From an uncultured Candidatus Peribacteria bacterium (GTDB lineage: Bacteria > Patescibacteriota > Gracilibacteria > Peribacterales > Peribacteraceae), in NCBI GenBank assembly GCA_964466635.1, contig CAYXNG010000002.1, positions 1,832-65,831 of the forward strand: a stretch of DNA of 64,000 bases, read 5' to 3'. Shown piece by piece: positions 1 to 9,781 of the stretch. The stretch's first letter is position 1, and every line of letters starts with the position of its first letter. Made by a program: the position numbers and the translations under genes. The notes under the pieces were generated by a model. It was not told the origin of the DNA, made no database searches, and saw nothing but the letters and a program-made list of their open reading frames with translations.

Positions 1-19
1 CGGCAACGAAGCGGTCACG

Positions 20-3000
20 ATGGTCCGCTCGCCGGGACGCGACATTGCCGGCGTCGATCTGTACGTGAACAACGTCATCATCCGCTCGGAACAGTCCGGA
101 CAGCCGATTACGACGGCGCACATCAACACCGGTTACGTCGGCTCCGAGCCGCAGATCACCAATGTTTTCCAGATGAGCGGCAACAATACCATCGTGCAGA
201 GCGGTAAACGGCTCATGACTGTCAGCGACTTTAACGCGGGCGGTAACGTTGTCACGCCGAACGCAACGATCCGACGCGGCTTCACACTCGGTCAGCACAC
301 CTTCGCCAGCAGCGGCGTGGTGCTGCGCGGAAGCGGTGCCTCGTTCAATGCTGGTACGGGATCACTCCAGATCAAGGGTCCGTTCACGCTCTCTGGCGGA
401 ACATTCGTCCAGAACCAGGCTCCGATGCGTGTGACCGGTAACTTCGTCCTGAACCCGGGAACAACATTTACCAAAGCGACAAACGGCGCACCGCTGACAC
501 TCGCCGGAGATCTGGAACTCAATGCGAGCGGCGCCAACCTCGGTAACCTGTACATCGGCGAAAGCCCGGATGTGATCACGCTGTCCGGCGATCTTCTTGT
601 CGATTCGCTCACTATCCGTGCCAACGACACGCTGGTGACGAACGGGTATGACATCACGGTTCTTGGCACATTTACCAACAGCGGAACGCTGACCGCTTCG
701 GCCGGCACATCTGTTGCGGTCGGCGGCGATCTGATCAACTACGGTATCTATACCGCAGCAAGTTCGACACTGACGCTGTCCGGCTCCTTCCTCAATGAGG
801 GAACATTCAGCGCCGGCACAAGCACGGTGATCCTCGACGGTACCGCCCAGACACTCTCCGGAACGACACTCTTCTACAATCTGCAGAAGACGGTCGCATC
901 CGCCGACACGCTGTGGTTCGGTACCGGATCCGTCACCACTGTCTCCGGTTCGCTGACGCTGCGCGGTGCAAGCAGCAACCTGCTCAGTCTGCGTTCGACG
1001 AATGCCGGCACGCAGCGCACATTGATCCTTGACGGCGACAGCGGTACGCAGACCATCGATTACCTCAGCGTCCGCGACAGCAATGCATCCGGCGGACAGG
1101 AACTGCTCTGTTACACCGGTTCGGAAGGATGTGTGAATGCAGGAAATAACAGCGGCTGGATCTTCAGCATTACGGGAACCGGAACGGTGAAGGGTCTTGT
1201 CTGGAACGATGAAGACGGTGACGGAGTCCGCGACAGCGGTGAAAACACGTTCTTCAGCGGTCTGACTGCCGCTCTCACGGGAACAACCGGTACCGGTATG
1301 AGCGTCAACAAGACGGCGTCGACCAACGCTGCCGGTCTGTTCTTCTTCTCCGGCTCGATTATCAGCAACAGCGCCGGTTACACCGTCACCATCAACGGCA
1401 ACGCCGCGCCGAACGGATATATCCGCACGCGCTTCAACAGTTCCGGATCGAATGTTCTGGGAACCGGCGGCATCATCAATGTTCGCTTCGGATATGTTCT
1501 CCCAAGCACCATCACTGGTTCGGTCTTCCTGGATACCGACGAAGACGGTGAGCGCGATGCAGGCGAGAACACGGTCTTTACCGGCGCGACGATCACGCTG
1601 ACCGGCACGACATCGACCGGTGCGTCGATTACCCGCCAGACAACAACGAATACCAGCGGTGCATACCTCTTCTCGAATCTTGCGCCATCGCCGGATGGCT
1701 ATCTGGTGGTCGTCAGTCCTCCGGACGGCTATGAAACAACATCAACCAACAGCCGTACCGTCACCATCACGACGGGAGGATCGGCACGTACCGAGGCATT
1801 CGGTTTCATAGAAGAAGAGGACGAGGAAGCGGGAGGCGGCCATGTCGGTCGTGATGACATATTCGTTTCATCGGATGAAGGTGATGACGAGGCGCCGATC
1901 GTCGTGCAGCCTGAACCGATCATCACAGACGATGACGTTCCGTCCGAGGAAGAGCCGTCCATTGAGCCGGAGCCGATTCCTGCCGGACAGGAACGCGAGG
2001 AGCAACAGGAAGAAGATGCCGAATACATCCGTGATCTCCTGCAGAAGATTGAAGAACGCCGCAATGAACGCCGGCAGAACATCGCAGAAACCGATGTCGA
2101 ACGTGTGCGCATCATTCAGGAGCGTGCACGAACGTGGATCATCGGTGGCCAGGAGACAACACTGCTTCAGGTGTCGCCGATCGTTAAGGGCATTGCTGCT
2201 GCGCCGGATCTGATTCGTGCAGGAATGAAGCAGATCGCCCGCGCAGGAGAAGCAGTCAATACGTTGTCTGATGCAGCTGTTAAGCAGATTGCGTCGGTCT
2301 TCAATCGCGCCACCGAAGCCGCAGATTCCGCGTCTGATGCAGTTGCTAAGCAGATTGCGTCCGTCTTCAATAGCGCCATCGAAGCGGCGGATTCCGCCCG
2401 TGTCGCCGTCATTGCCGTTGCCAATACAGCATTGCAGTCCGTGGTCAACGCAGCAGATCAATCCATCAAGACTGTTGCAGCCATCGTCGACGCATCAGCC
2501 GATATGATTCACCGCGCCGGTGATGCTGCGGTTGTCGCCGTTACCGATACGATTCGCTCAATCGGAGAGATGGGTATTGCAACGGCCGACCGTATTGCCA
2601 TTGCCTGGACTACCAGCGCAGACTCCGCCGCCAATGCATCGGCAACCATCGCACTGCGCACTCGCGATCTTGCTGTGCTCACGGTCAGTACGACACTGCG
2701 CACACTTGGTGAAACCGGTACGGCTGCCGCCGATGCGATTGCCGCTGCATGGAATACGACAACCGATTCTGCAGCCGTCATTGCTCAGCGATTCACTGAC
2801 TTCGGTACGCTCACAGCCATGCGCGCCCGCGACGCAGCCGATTCTGCAGCCGTTATCGCTCAGCGATTCACTGACTTCGGTACGCTCACAGCCATGCGCG
2901 CCCGCGACGCAGCCGATACAGCCGATCAGCTTGCACAGGCCGTCGTAGACCTTGGTGTACTCGTTGCATTCGAAACAGAGGCAATAACCGATGCGCTCCA

Positions 3001-3745
3001 AGAGGGACAGGATCTGCTCGATCAGGCTTCCGCGGAAATCACGGAAATCGCGTTTACCGTCCTCGATGACACGGCTCAGATCGCCGCCGATGCAGTCGAA
3101 ACCGCAGTGGTTGCCGTCGTCGATACCGCAGTGGATGCGGCAACAACGGTTGCAGAAGGCGGTGCATACATCGCCGTTCGGACGAACGATGCCTTCAATG
3201 AATTCTTCACGACCGCCGGCGAAAATTTGACCATCGCATTCGAACAATTGAGCCGTGGCGTGACACCGACGCAGATCACGGAGCTGCCGCCTGCACGACA
3301 GTATGAAACCGAAATCGTGAAGCGTGATGATCAGATTCTTATCGCACAGTTACATCTGAGCGTCTTCAACTCACTCGGTCTGCCGGTCCGCAATACGCCG
3401 GTCGTTCTCTTCTCCACGCCGAAAATTTCCACGACGAACGATGAAGGTGTCGCAACATTCCGCGACGTCGAAGCCGGTAAGCATCGCTTGGAAGTTCATG
3501 TCTCCGGCGAATCCGTCGAATCGCGCGAAATCATCATCGAAGCTCCGGCGGAAATTCAACTATCTGACCTTGAGCGTGTGAAGGCCGTCCTGCCTGTCAT
3601 TCAGGTGATGGTCGAGGACACGACGATGCATGCAGCAGCGCCGTATCAGTTGCCGTGGCTCTGGGCGATCATCGGCATACTCGCAACCGGGAACGCCGTA
3701 TGGTTCGGTGCATGGGTATGGCGAAGAAAGACAAAGTTAGTATAA
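20..3745 (+). CDS. Giant repetitive cell-surface protein, probably 5'-partial at the window edge. It has SdrD/Cna-B-like Ca-binding repeats, an acidic coiled-coil linker, Ala-rich tandem repeats, a carboxypeptidase-regulatory-like beta domain and a C-terminal TM anchor
   Basis: 1241-aa ORF. The frame stays open back to base 2 and the annotated Met has no signal peptide. Repeated VWNDEDGDGVRDSGENTF / VFLDTDEDGERDAGENTV motifs. Acidic tract EEEDEEAGG. C-terminal hydrophobic WLWAIIGILATGNAVWFGAWVW followed by RRK. Confidence 0.75.
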   Translation: MVRSPGRDIAGVDLYVNNVIIRSEQSGQPITTAHINTGYVGSEPQITNVFQMSGNNTIVQSGKRLMTVSDFNAGGNVVTPNATIRRGFTLGQHTFASSGVVLRGSGASFNAGTGSLQIKGPFTLSGGTFVQNQAPMRVTGNFVLNPGTTFTKATNGAPLTLAGDLELNASGANLGNLYIGESPDVITLSGDLLVDSLTIRANDTLVTNGYDITVLGTFTNSGTLTASAGTSVAVGGDLINYGIYTAASSTLTLSGSFLNEGTFSAGTSTVILDGTAQTLSGTTLFYNLQKTVASADTLWFGTGSVTTVSGSLTLRGASSNLLSLRSTNAGTQRTLILDGDSGTQTIDYLSVRDSNASGGQELLCYTGSEGCVNAGNNSGWIFSITGTGTVKGLVWNDEDGDGVRDSGENTFFSGLTAALTGTTGTGMSVNKTASTNAAGLFFFSGSIISNSAGYTVTINGNAAPNGYIRTRFNSSGSNVLGTGGIINVRFGYVLPSTITGSVFLDTDEDGERDAGENTVFTGATITLTGTTSTGASITRQTTTNTSGAYLFSNLAPSPDGYLVVVSPPDGYETTSTNSRTVTITTGGSARTEAFGFIEEEDEEAGGGHVGRDDIFVSSDEGDDEAPIVVQPEPIITDDDVPSEEEPSIEPEPIPAGQEREEQQEEDAEYIRDLLQKIEERRNERRQNIAETDVERVRIIQERARTWIIGGQETTLLQVSPIVKGIAAAPDLIRAGMKQIARAGEAVNTLSDAAVKQIASVFNRATEAADSASDAVAKQIASVFNSAIEAADSARVAVIAVANTALQSVVNAADQSIKTVAAIVDASADMIHRAGDAAVVAVTDTIRSIGEMGIATADRIAIAWTTSADSAANASATIALRTRDLAVLTVSTTLRTLGETGTAAADAIAAAWNTTTDSAAVIAQRFTDFGTLTAMRARDAADSAAVIAQRFTDFGTLTAMRARDAADTADQLAQAVVDLGVLVAFETEAITDALQEGQDLLDQASAEITEIAFTVLDDTAQIAADAVETAVVAVVDTAVDAATTVAEGGAYIAVRTNDAFNEFFTTAGENLTIAFEQLSRGVTPTQITELPPARQYETEIVKRDDQILIAQLHLSVFNSLGLPVRNTPVVLFSTPKISTTNDEGVATFRDVEAGKHRLEVHVSGESVESREIIIEAPAEIQLSDLERVKAVLPVIQVMVEDTTMHAAAPYQLPWLWAIIGILATGNAVWFGAWVWRRKTKLV
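2270..2401 (+). repeat. Imperfect in-frame tandem repeat, 2 x 66 bp (22-aa unit DA.VKQIASVFN.A.EAADSA)
   Basis: gatgcagctgttaagcagattgcgtc at 2270 recurs as gatgcagttgctaagcagattgcgtc at 2336. Confidence 0.85.
2765..2914 (+). repeat. Near-perfect in-frame tandem repeat, 2 x 75 bp (25-aa unit DSAAVIAQRFTDFGTLTAMRARDAA)
   Basis: The unit starting gattctgcagccgt occurs at 2765 and again at 2840, and a third unit begins to diverge at 2915. Confidence 0.9.
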
Positions 3746-3822
3746 GAAAGATACATTTGTGTCATCCCGAGCCTGCCTAACGGACAGGCAGGCGTAGTCG
3801 AGGGGTCAAAGGTGCATATTCA

Positions 3823-4776
3823 TTAATTCTCTCTGCATCCTTCCCGTGTCAGGCGGTAACCGCCCGGCACCGGTTCGAATTCGGCGAAGCAAACCCGGCC
3901 CTGTTCGTCCGCCCAGTAGAGCGAGATGCCGAAGGACGGGAGAATAGTTAATTGGATGTCTTCGCGCAGCGGAATCGAATCGGCAAGTGTTTCGCCGATG
4001 CTAGCCGCAAGGCGCTTACGCCCTTCATCGCGGACCGAGAACAGCGTTGCGCCGCTGTGGTCGACAATGGCAAAACGTCCGACGGCGGCCGAGAGCAGTA
4101 CGCCTGGGCTGCCACCCGGCGGCAGACCTTGTTCTTCCATATCCGCGATCACATAATCCTCGGTCTTATCACCCGTCAGGTCGGTTCGCAGGAGAACGGT
4201 CGAGTGTTCAAATCCCTCTTTTCTGCGGACGATCCCCAGCATCTGTTGGAATCGCTCCTGCTCCTCCTGCCATTCCTGCAGATTCTGTGCTTCCGCAGTT
4301 TTCCATGCTAGATAATCGTTCCGGTAGGCGGTGATGTCCGCATCGCTCATGCCAATGAAAAACGACACCGATCCGGTTGCGCTTTGCTTCTGTTCGCCTT
4401 CACCGGTGAAGGCATCAATCTGCAGCATGTAGGGTGCGGCTGTCCACGCATCGCGGGATCCAAAACTGAACCGCGCGATTTTTGCCCCCGACTGCGTGAC
4501 AATCGATGTGCGCCCCAGCGGCATCTGTCGGTCATCGGGCGAGAACCATGTCGCCTGGACGGTGGTCCCCTCTTTCACGTACTCGAACCCTACTACACCG
4601 ACAAGGTTCCGCTCATCGCGTTCGAAGGTGCTGCTGAACCGTAAGTCTGCCAAATCGGTGACCAGATTCCCCGTTGCAACTCCAATGAAGCTGATCACCG
4701 GACTGTCATGAGGAGAAGTACAGCCCGTTAATACTGAAAGTGCCGCAACAATGAACAATCTTCGCATGGGCATCAT
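3823..4776 (-). CDS. Hypothetical lipoprotein
   Basis: 317-aa ORF. N-terminal signal with lipobox (AALSVLTGC). No recognisable catalytic motif. Confidence 0.6.
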   Translation of the reverse strand: MMPMRRLFIVAALSVLTGCTSPHDSPVISFIGVATGNLVTDLADLRFSSTFERDERNLVGVVGFEYVKEGTTVQATWFSPDDRQMPLGRTSIVTQSGAKIARFSFGSRDAWTAAPYMLQIDAFTGEGEQKQSATGSVSFFIGMSDADITAYRNDYLAWKTAEAQNLQEWQEEQERFQQMLGIVRRKEGFEHSTVLLRTDLTGDKTEDYVIADMEEQGLPPGGSPGVLLSAAVGRFAIVDHSGATLFSVRDEGRKRLAASIGETLADSIPLREDIQLTILPSFGISLYWADEQGRVCFAEFEPVPGGYRLTREGCREN

Positions 4777-4844
4777 GGTAAGGCGTAAAGAGCAAGGGGT
4801 AAAGAAGGAGCATCCTACTCAATACCCCTTTTGCTCAATACTGC

Positions 4845-6395
4845 TTACCGTGCTGTATCTTCCATGATGAGCGGCATGGGGACCGGGTTACCCTGTCCGG
4901 TTCGCTCCTTTAGAAGATCCGCTGCGAGCGGGACGGTGATGCTCTTCTGGTAGAAGTATTCTCCTTCCGGCACGTTCGTGACCGGGAACACGAGAGCGGG
5001 AACAAGCAGTTCGTCACTCATGTTATCGCGGTAGTGGTACATGCGGACCAGAGACACCTCCGGCGTGCCGAGCGTGATATCGACACTTTTCACGGTTGTG
5101 CCCTGCGGCATGAAGTCGGTTGGGAACACACCGTATGCATCGATGAAGGCGCGGATAGCTGCTTCGTCCGTTACGCCGGCGTAGGCAGACTTGCGATACT
5201 TCTGGTCCATAATGCCCCATGCATCAGATACGCGCTTCTCGCGGACGTTCACGTTGATGCTGATGCCGGTTTTCATTCCTCCTTCGTCATAGACGGGCTT
5301 TCCGTCGATGAGTAGGGGATAGATCACCTGTGCGCCATCGGGAATCCAGACCATCGATTTGTCTGTTGCAGCTTCGTACTGGGCGCGCCACTGGTTGTTT
5401 ACTTCGGGCTCGCCGTACTGCGATAGGTCGATGCTGTACTTCTCGACGAAGGCATTCGCAATGCCGATGAGCACGTCGTCGGCAGGGACATCTTCAGCCT
5501 TCACACGGAAGCGCTGGTAGCAGGCTTCGTCGCGGCAGGCGCTTTCCGGATGCGGCCACTTTTCCCAGTTCTGGTTAATGTTGATGGTTCCCTCGCGGAA
5601 CGAGACGTTCACCATGTAGCCGTACTCTGTATCCTGATAGAAGCTGATCATATCGGTCTTGGCATTGCCGAAGGAGCCGAGATCAATGAGACCGGTGTTG
5701 AAGGCAGAGAGAATCTGGCCAATGTCGGCGTTGGAGACGCCGCGCATGCGGCTGTACACATCGACGGAGTCCGTCAGCGATGGCAGAGCGCCATCAAACA
5801 CGAGATTGTATTGTGTCATTTCAGGTGCAATGAGGCCGATTTTTGGATCAATCATCATCGCATCGCCACCTCCACCGCCCGACTGCGGACGTGCGGACAT
5901 GGCAGTATCAATCTCCGGTGCACCTCCGCCGCCCCCGCGTCCATAGGCGGTATTCTGTTGCACAGTTGAAAGATCACCAAAAGCAGAAGAGCCCGAATCT
6001 TCAACGGAATATGAGAACAACTTTTGTGTTCCATTACTCTCGTTTGTGAATGATGGAAGGCCTCCTGACTGGGTCAGGGAGTAGGTAATGGGACCGGCGA
6101 TGATTGCGCCGAGTACCACACCGGTAACGGTGTATTGAAGATGATTCATGGTGAAGAATGAGAAGAAAGAGGAGGAGGAAGAATACTTTTTTTGATCATG
6201 GTTCGACGAGCTCACCATGACATTCTTTTCCCGAAGCATTGAACGTAATCGCTGAATGAATGCTTCATCGGGAGTGACATCCGGCTTCGAGCGCATCATC
6301 GCTTCGAGCACGGGAATCAGTTCCGCTTCATGATCCTGAAGCGATGGGTCGATGGTGTAGAGTTCGCCGAGGATGGAGCGGAGATCGGAGGACAT
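4845..6395 (-). CDS. Putative membrane-spanning anti-sigma factor with a large extracytoplasmic domain
   Basis: 516-aa ORF lying 5 nt downstream of the ECF sigma gene. Short cytoplasmic N-domain, one TM helix (VTGVVLGAIIAGPITYSL), Gly-rich linker, large C-terminal domain. Confidence 0.55.
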   Translation of the reverse strand: MSSDLRSILGELYTIDPSLQDHEAELIPVLEAMMRSKPDVTPDEAFIQRLRSMLREKNVMVSSSNHDQKKYSSSSSFFSFFTMNHLQYTVTGVVLGAIIAGPITYSLTQSGGLPSFTNESNGTQKLFSYSVEDSGSSAFGDLSTVQQNTAYGRGGGGGAPEIDTAMSARPQSGGGGGDAMMIDPKIGLIAPEMTQYNLVFDGALPSLTDSVDVYSRMRGVSNADIGQILSAFNTGLIDLGSFGNAKTDMISFYQDTEYGYMVNVSFREGTININQNWEKWPHPESACRDEACYQRFRVKAEDVPADDVLIGIANAFVEKYSIDLSQYGEPEVNNQWRAQYEAATDKSMVWIPDGAQVIYPLLIDGKPVYDEGGMKTGISINVNVREKRVSDAWGIMDQKYRKSAYAGVTDEAAIRAFIDAYGVFPTDFMPQGTTVKSVDITLGTPEVSLVRMYHYRDNMSDELLVPALVFPVTNVPEGEYFYQKSITVPLAADLLKERTGQGNPVPMPLIMEDTAR

Positions 6396-6400
6396 AGAAA

Positions 6401-6964
6401 TCAGAGGAAACGGGAGAGAACAAAGAGTGCGAATGCGGCGGGCCCCATCGACTGACGAAGGTCAGCGACGGTGCGCGAAAAGGTCATTTTGCATGCGGCT
6501 TCGGATTTTCCGGTTAGGTCGGCAATCTCTTTATACGAGAGGCCGTCCCATAGTCGCATAATCACCAGCTCGCGCTTGTCTTTGGGAAGCTGATTAAGTG
6601 CATCGCGGACACGTGTCGCTTCCACTGCCCCGGCTGCATCCAGAAACGGATTTTCATCCGCTGCCAGATCCCACACGTCATCAATATCGGTGTGGGGCTT
6701 AAGGGTCCGGAAGTGGTCGTGCACCGTATTGCGGGCAATGCGATACAACCACGTCGAGAATGCGCCTTTTCGCTCATCGTAGGAGCCGATGTGCTCCAAC
6801 GCCTTCAGAAAGGTTTGGCTCGTCAGATCTTCCGCGGTCATGCGGTCCATGACGCGGTAAAAGACGAATGCGTAGATGCCTTTCAAATGGCGAATATAGA
6901 GCTCATCGAAGGCGCCGGGATTGCCGCTTTTGTAGGAATGAACAAGATCGGTATCGGGAGTCAT
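6401..6964 (-). CDS. ECF-type RNA polymerase sigma-70 family factor
   Basis: Region 2 (FDELYIRHLKGIYAFVFYRV ... TWLYRIARN) and region 4 HTH (RELVIMRLWDGLSYKEIADLTGKSEAACKMTFSR). Confidence 0.9.
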   Translation of the reverse strand: MTPDTDLVHSYKSGNPGAFDELYIRHLKGIYAFVFYRVMDRMTAEDLTSQTFLKALEHIGSYDERKGAFSTWLYRIARNTVHDHFRTLKPHTDIDDVWDLAADENPFLDAAGAVEATRVRDALNQLPKDKRELVIMRLWDGLSYKEIADLTGKSEAACKMTFSRTVADLRQSMGPAAFALFVLSRFL

Positions 6965-7087
6965 GTCTTCACGTGAAGGTGGTACCGTAACATTGTACGT
7001 CCGGCGGCGTCAGAAGTAACTCGCTCAATGATCAATTCTGTGGAATGAGGAATGTATGTCTCTTTTGCCCTTGGATAAGACGGAACT

Positions 7088-9745
7088 ATGCTATCATCCG
7101 CCCCTTCCATGACCCCGGAGCGCATCGAACTTCCCGAACGGCCAGACCTGATAAACGGTACGAACGTATCGGGACTTTTTGCCGATTCCCTTGTCCGCTG
7201 GAGAGCCGATATCGCCGATGTATTCAATCCTGATAAGAATGAGCATGCGACATGGCCGCCGGAAGATCCGCGCAGACTCTTCGAATATTTTTCAAGCCGA
7301 CCCAAGCTTGCCGTTGAAATGGCATTGGAATTATCGACGATGATTCTGGAAATTGAGCGGGAAGACGGTGTGTTTTTGGAGAAGAAGACCTATGCCCATC
7401 AGCTTGCCCACCTTAAATGGCTGGCGCTGTCGCTGCTGCGCGATGGTACGACGTATCTTATTGAAGGTGCGCCGGGTACCGGCAAAACACTCGTTCTCGG
7501 ATCGATTATGGCTGCCGCAACGCGCTTGCAGATGCGCGGTCTTATGAATGATGCGGTGATGTACGCGACGCACAAGCCCTTCATTCTGGCGCAGCAGACA
7601 TTCAACGCACATGATCGCCGTCTCCGTCTCATACAACCGCCCGATCCCACCTGCATCAGACAGGAGGTTTCCTACATTCAGAAGCTGGTCGGGTCCGAGA
7701 CGCTGTTCCCACGCAACGTGTGGCGCGACATGCGCAAAGAGAGGCATACGCGCGATGCCGCATTGCGGGCTATCGAAACGCACTTGCGTGCGTCGCCGGA
7801 AGGGCAGGATGTTCTTTCGACGAAGAGCGAATTGCTCGATCCGATCGTGCGCTTGATGACGGGCGATGCCGTGCTGGTGTACGACGTTGATGCCGACATG
7901 ATGCATCTTCCTTTGTCTCCCGCGGAGGTAACCGATGACGAGACGGTCGGTTATTACAGCGGCGATATCGGCCGGGGCATTCCGCGGTCGTATGTCGATC
8001 AGCAACTGGTTGCTTCCCGCAAAGGCGCCGACGTGCATGGCGTCAAACTTGATTGCACAAAAAACGGTCAGTCGCTCGACGGAGTGCGCGTCGTGCTGAC
8101 CACCGCCCCCACCATTCTCATGCGAGGCATGCGCCATTCGATCCAGGATATTCTTGGACGCACCGGCATCATCATTGTCGATGAAGGGAGGAATGCGGCG
8201 ACGGCATTCCAGGATGCGGTGCGCGAGGCATCGGGCAAGAAGGAAAAGCCGCTGGTGTTCGCTGCATCCGCGCTCAGTACGACCAACGGTTTGGCAAGCA
8301 GGCCCTATGCAGACTCCTATTCTCCGCGACTGACCATTGCCGCCGCAATGGAACCGGGCCCTGACGGGCATCAGGTCCTGCCGAATATCGGCGTCGATAT
8401 GTTCCCGGGCAGAGGAAACGCGCTGTATCACAGTTCGACCGTCGAGGCGGTGCATCAGTTTGTCGAAGCGCATTTTACCGACCTGCCTTTGCCTGAACGC
8501 GAACATCTTCCGCAGCTGTATCTCTGCACCAGTATCATCGTGGTTTCCGGCGAGACACTTGCCGAGACCGTCAGGATGCTCAGGCAGGAATACCGGAATC
8601 GCGGCATCGCTGCGGATGTTATTCCTTTCTGCAAGCATCCCGAAAAATCGGGAGCAGGTAACACGCAGTATCCGTACAGCGAACGCGTGTTGCAGGCAAT
8701 GATGGATTCCCCCGAGGAGTCTGCCGATCGACGCGTGCGCGTCATGGTTGCAGGTCCAGATTCGATCAAAGATGCGCTCAGTATTCCGACGTTGCAGAAC
8801 GTGACCGTGGCGACCGCGAAGGGCATCAGCAAGAACGTGCTGCTGCGGATTCTTGGTCGTTTGCAGCACTCAAACAAGCATCGTGCCGCCGGGCCCGCGC
8901 ATCGCGTCTATTTCCGGCAAGGGTTGTATCAGGATACGAAAGCGGAAGAGACGGTGTTTCAACTGCTCGGCGAACATACAGGATCTTCCATGCAATGGGT
9001 TCCTTTGCAGATTCTGAAAGGGGACCATGGCGCCGAGGCGGATCGCAAGCGCGTTACCGGTCTTCCGTCCATGTCCGTTCCGTTGTCCGATGAAGAACTG
9101 GGGAAACGGCGTGCAGAAAAAGGAATGCGCGTAAAGACGCTCGAGCTGCATCGTCTTCATGTCGAGTCGAACGGCCACGTTCCCCGCAGTGCCGCAGCCG
9201 AAGCGGTACAATCATCAGCCGTTTGGTCGGCTTTCGATCCCATCATCGCACGTGCGCTTCCTCTCTGGCATGACACGGCAGCACGAAAGGCTTTCTGCGA
9301 CATCGCAATCGAGCGGATGCGTACAGACGTCGTGCCCGATTTCATGGTCGCTCCGGATATCTGGCCGACGTGGAACACAGAATTGATGCTGATAGCGTTC
9401 CGGCATGCCCACGTCGGTCCGCAAGCGATTCTCGATGCACTCAAAGAGCGTATCACTGCCGCCGCGCAATTGGGACGGGTGGAAGAAGAGGTGATTCCTG
9501 GCGAATACATTCCACTGAAGGACGAGGTTCACTCTCCGGAGGATGATGAAGAAATTGAGTCGGCGGAAACGGAAGAGGAGGATGTCGATGAGGTCGACGA
9601 AGCGAGCATCGAACAGTTGGATGAGGTGTTGGCAGAAGAATTCGACGATGAAGATGATATCGGGATTGACCTCGATGAAACGGAGTTGATTGACAGCCTT
9701 CACATAGGATCAGAAGAGTATGGCGTCGATGATGACGACTTCTAA
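7088..9745 (+). CDS. SF2-type helicase/NTPase-like protein with a long acidic C-terminal tail
   Basis: Walker A LIEGAPGTGKT, Walker B/DExx IIIVDEGRN, motif VI-like LLRILGRLQH. The last ~90 aa are extremely acidic and end in GVDDDDF. Confidence 0.7.
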   Translation: MLSSAPSMTPERIELPERPDLINGTNVSGLFADSLVRWRADIADVFNPDKNEHATWPPEDPRRLFEYFSSRPKLAVEMALELSTMILEIEREDGVFLEKKTYAHQLAHLKWLALSLLRDGTTYLIEGAPGTGKTLVLGSIMAAATRLQMRGLMNDAVMYATHKPFILAQQTFNAHDRRLRLIQPPDPTCIRQEVSYIQKLVGSETLFPRNVWRDMRKERHTRDAALRAIETHLRASPEGQDVLSTKSELLDPIVRLMTGDAVLVYDVDADMMHLPLSPAEVTDDETVGYYSGDIGRGIPRSYVDQQLVASRKGADVHGVKLDCTKNGQSLDGVRVVLTTAPTILMRGMRHSIQDILGRTGIIIVDEGRNAATAFQDAVREASGKKEKPLVFAASALSTTNGLASRPYADSYSPRLTIAAAMEPGPDGHQVLPNIGVDMFPGRGNALYHSSTVEAVHQFVEAHFTDLPLPEREHLPQLYLCTSIIVVSGETLAETVRMLRQEYRNRGIAADVIPFCKHPEKSGAGNTQYPYSERVLQAMMDSPEESADRRVRVMVAGPDSIKDALSIPTLQNVTVATAKGISKNVLLRILGRLQHSNKHRAAGPAHRVYFRQGLYQDTKAEETVFQLLGEHTGSSMQWVPLQILKGDHGAEADRKRVTGLPSMSVPLSDEELGKRRAEKGMRVKTLELHRLHVESNGHVPRSAAAEAVQSSAVWSAFDPIIARALPLWHDTAARKAFCDIAIERMRTDVVPDFMVAPDIWPTWNTELMLIAFRHAHVGPQAILDALKERITAAAQLGRVEEEVIPGEYIPLKDEVHSPEDDEEIESAETEEEDVDEVDEASIEQLDEVLAEEFDDEDDIGIDLDETELIDSLHIGSEEYGVDDDDF

Positions 9746-9781
9746 AAGCATCTTGAGCTCGGTCGTTTGAGGGTCTAGCAT

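Noticed and set aside
2270-2914. Possible CRISPR-like repeats
   Set aside because: The repeats are directly tandem with no spacers, lie in frame within a long ORF and encode a repeated peptide. There are no cas genes.
7331-8869. 512-aa ORF on the minus strand
   Set aside because: It lies entirely antisense to the helicase-like CDS. It is rich in Arg, His and Gln, as expected for a shadow frame in GC-rich coding DNA, and has no motifs.
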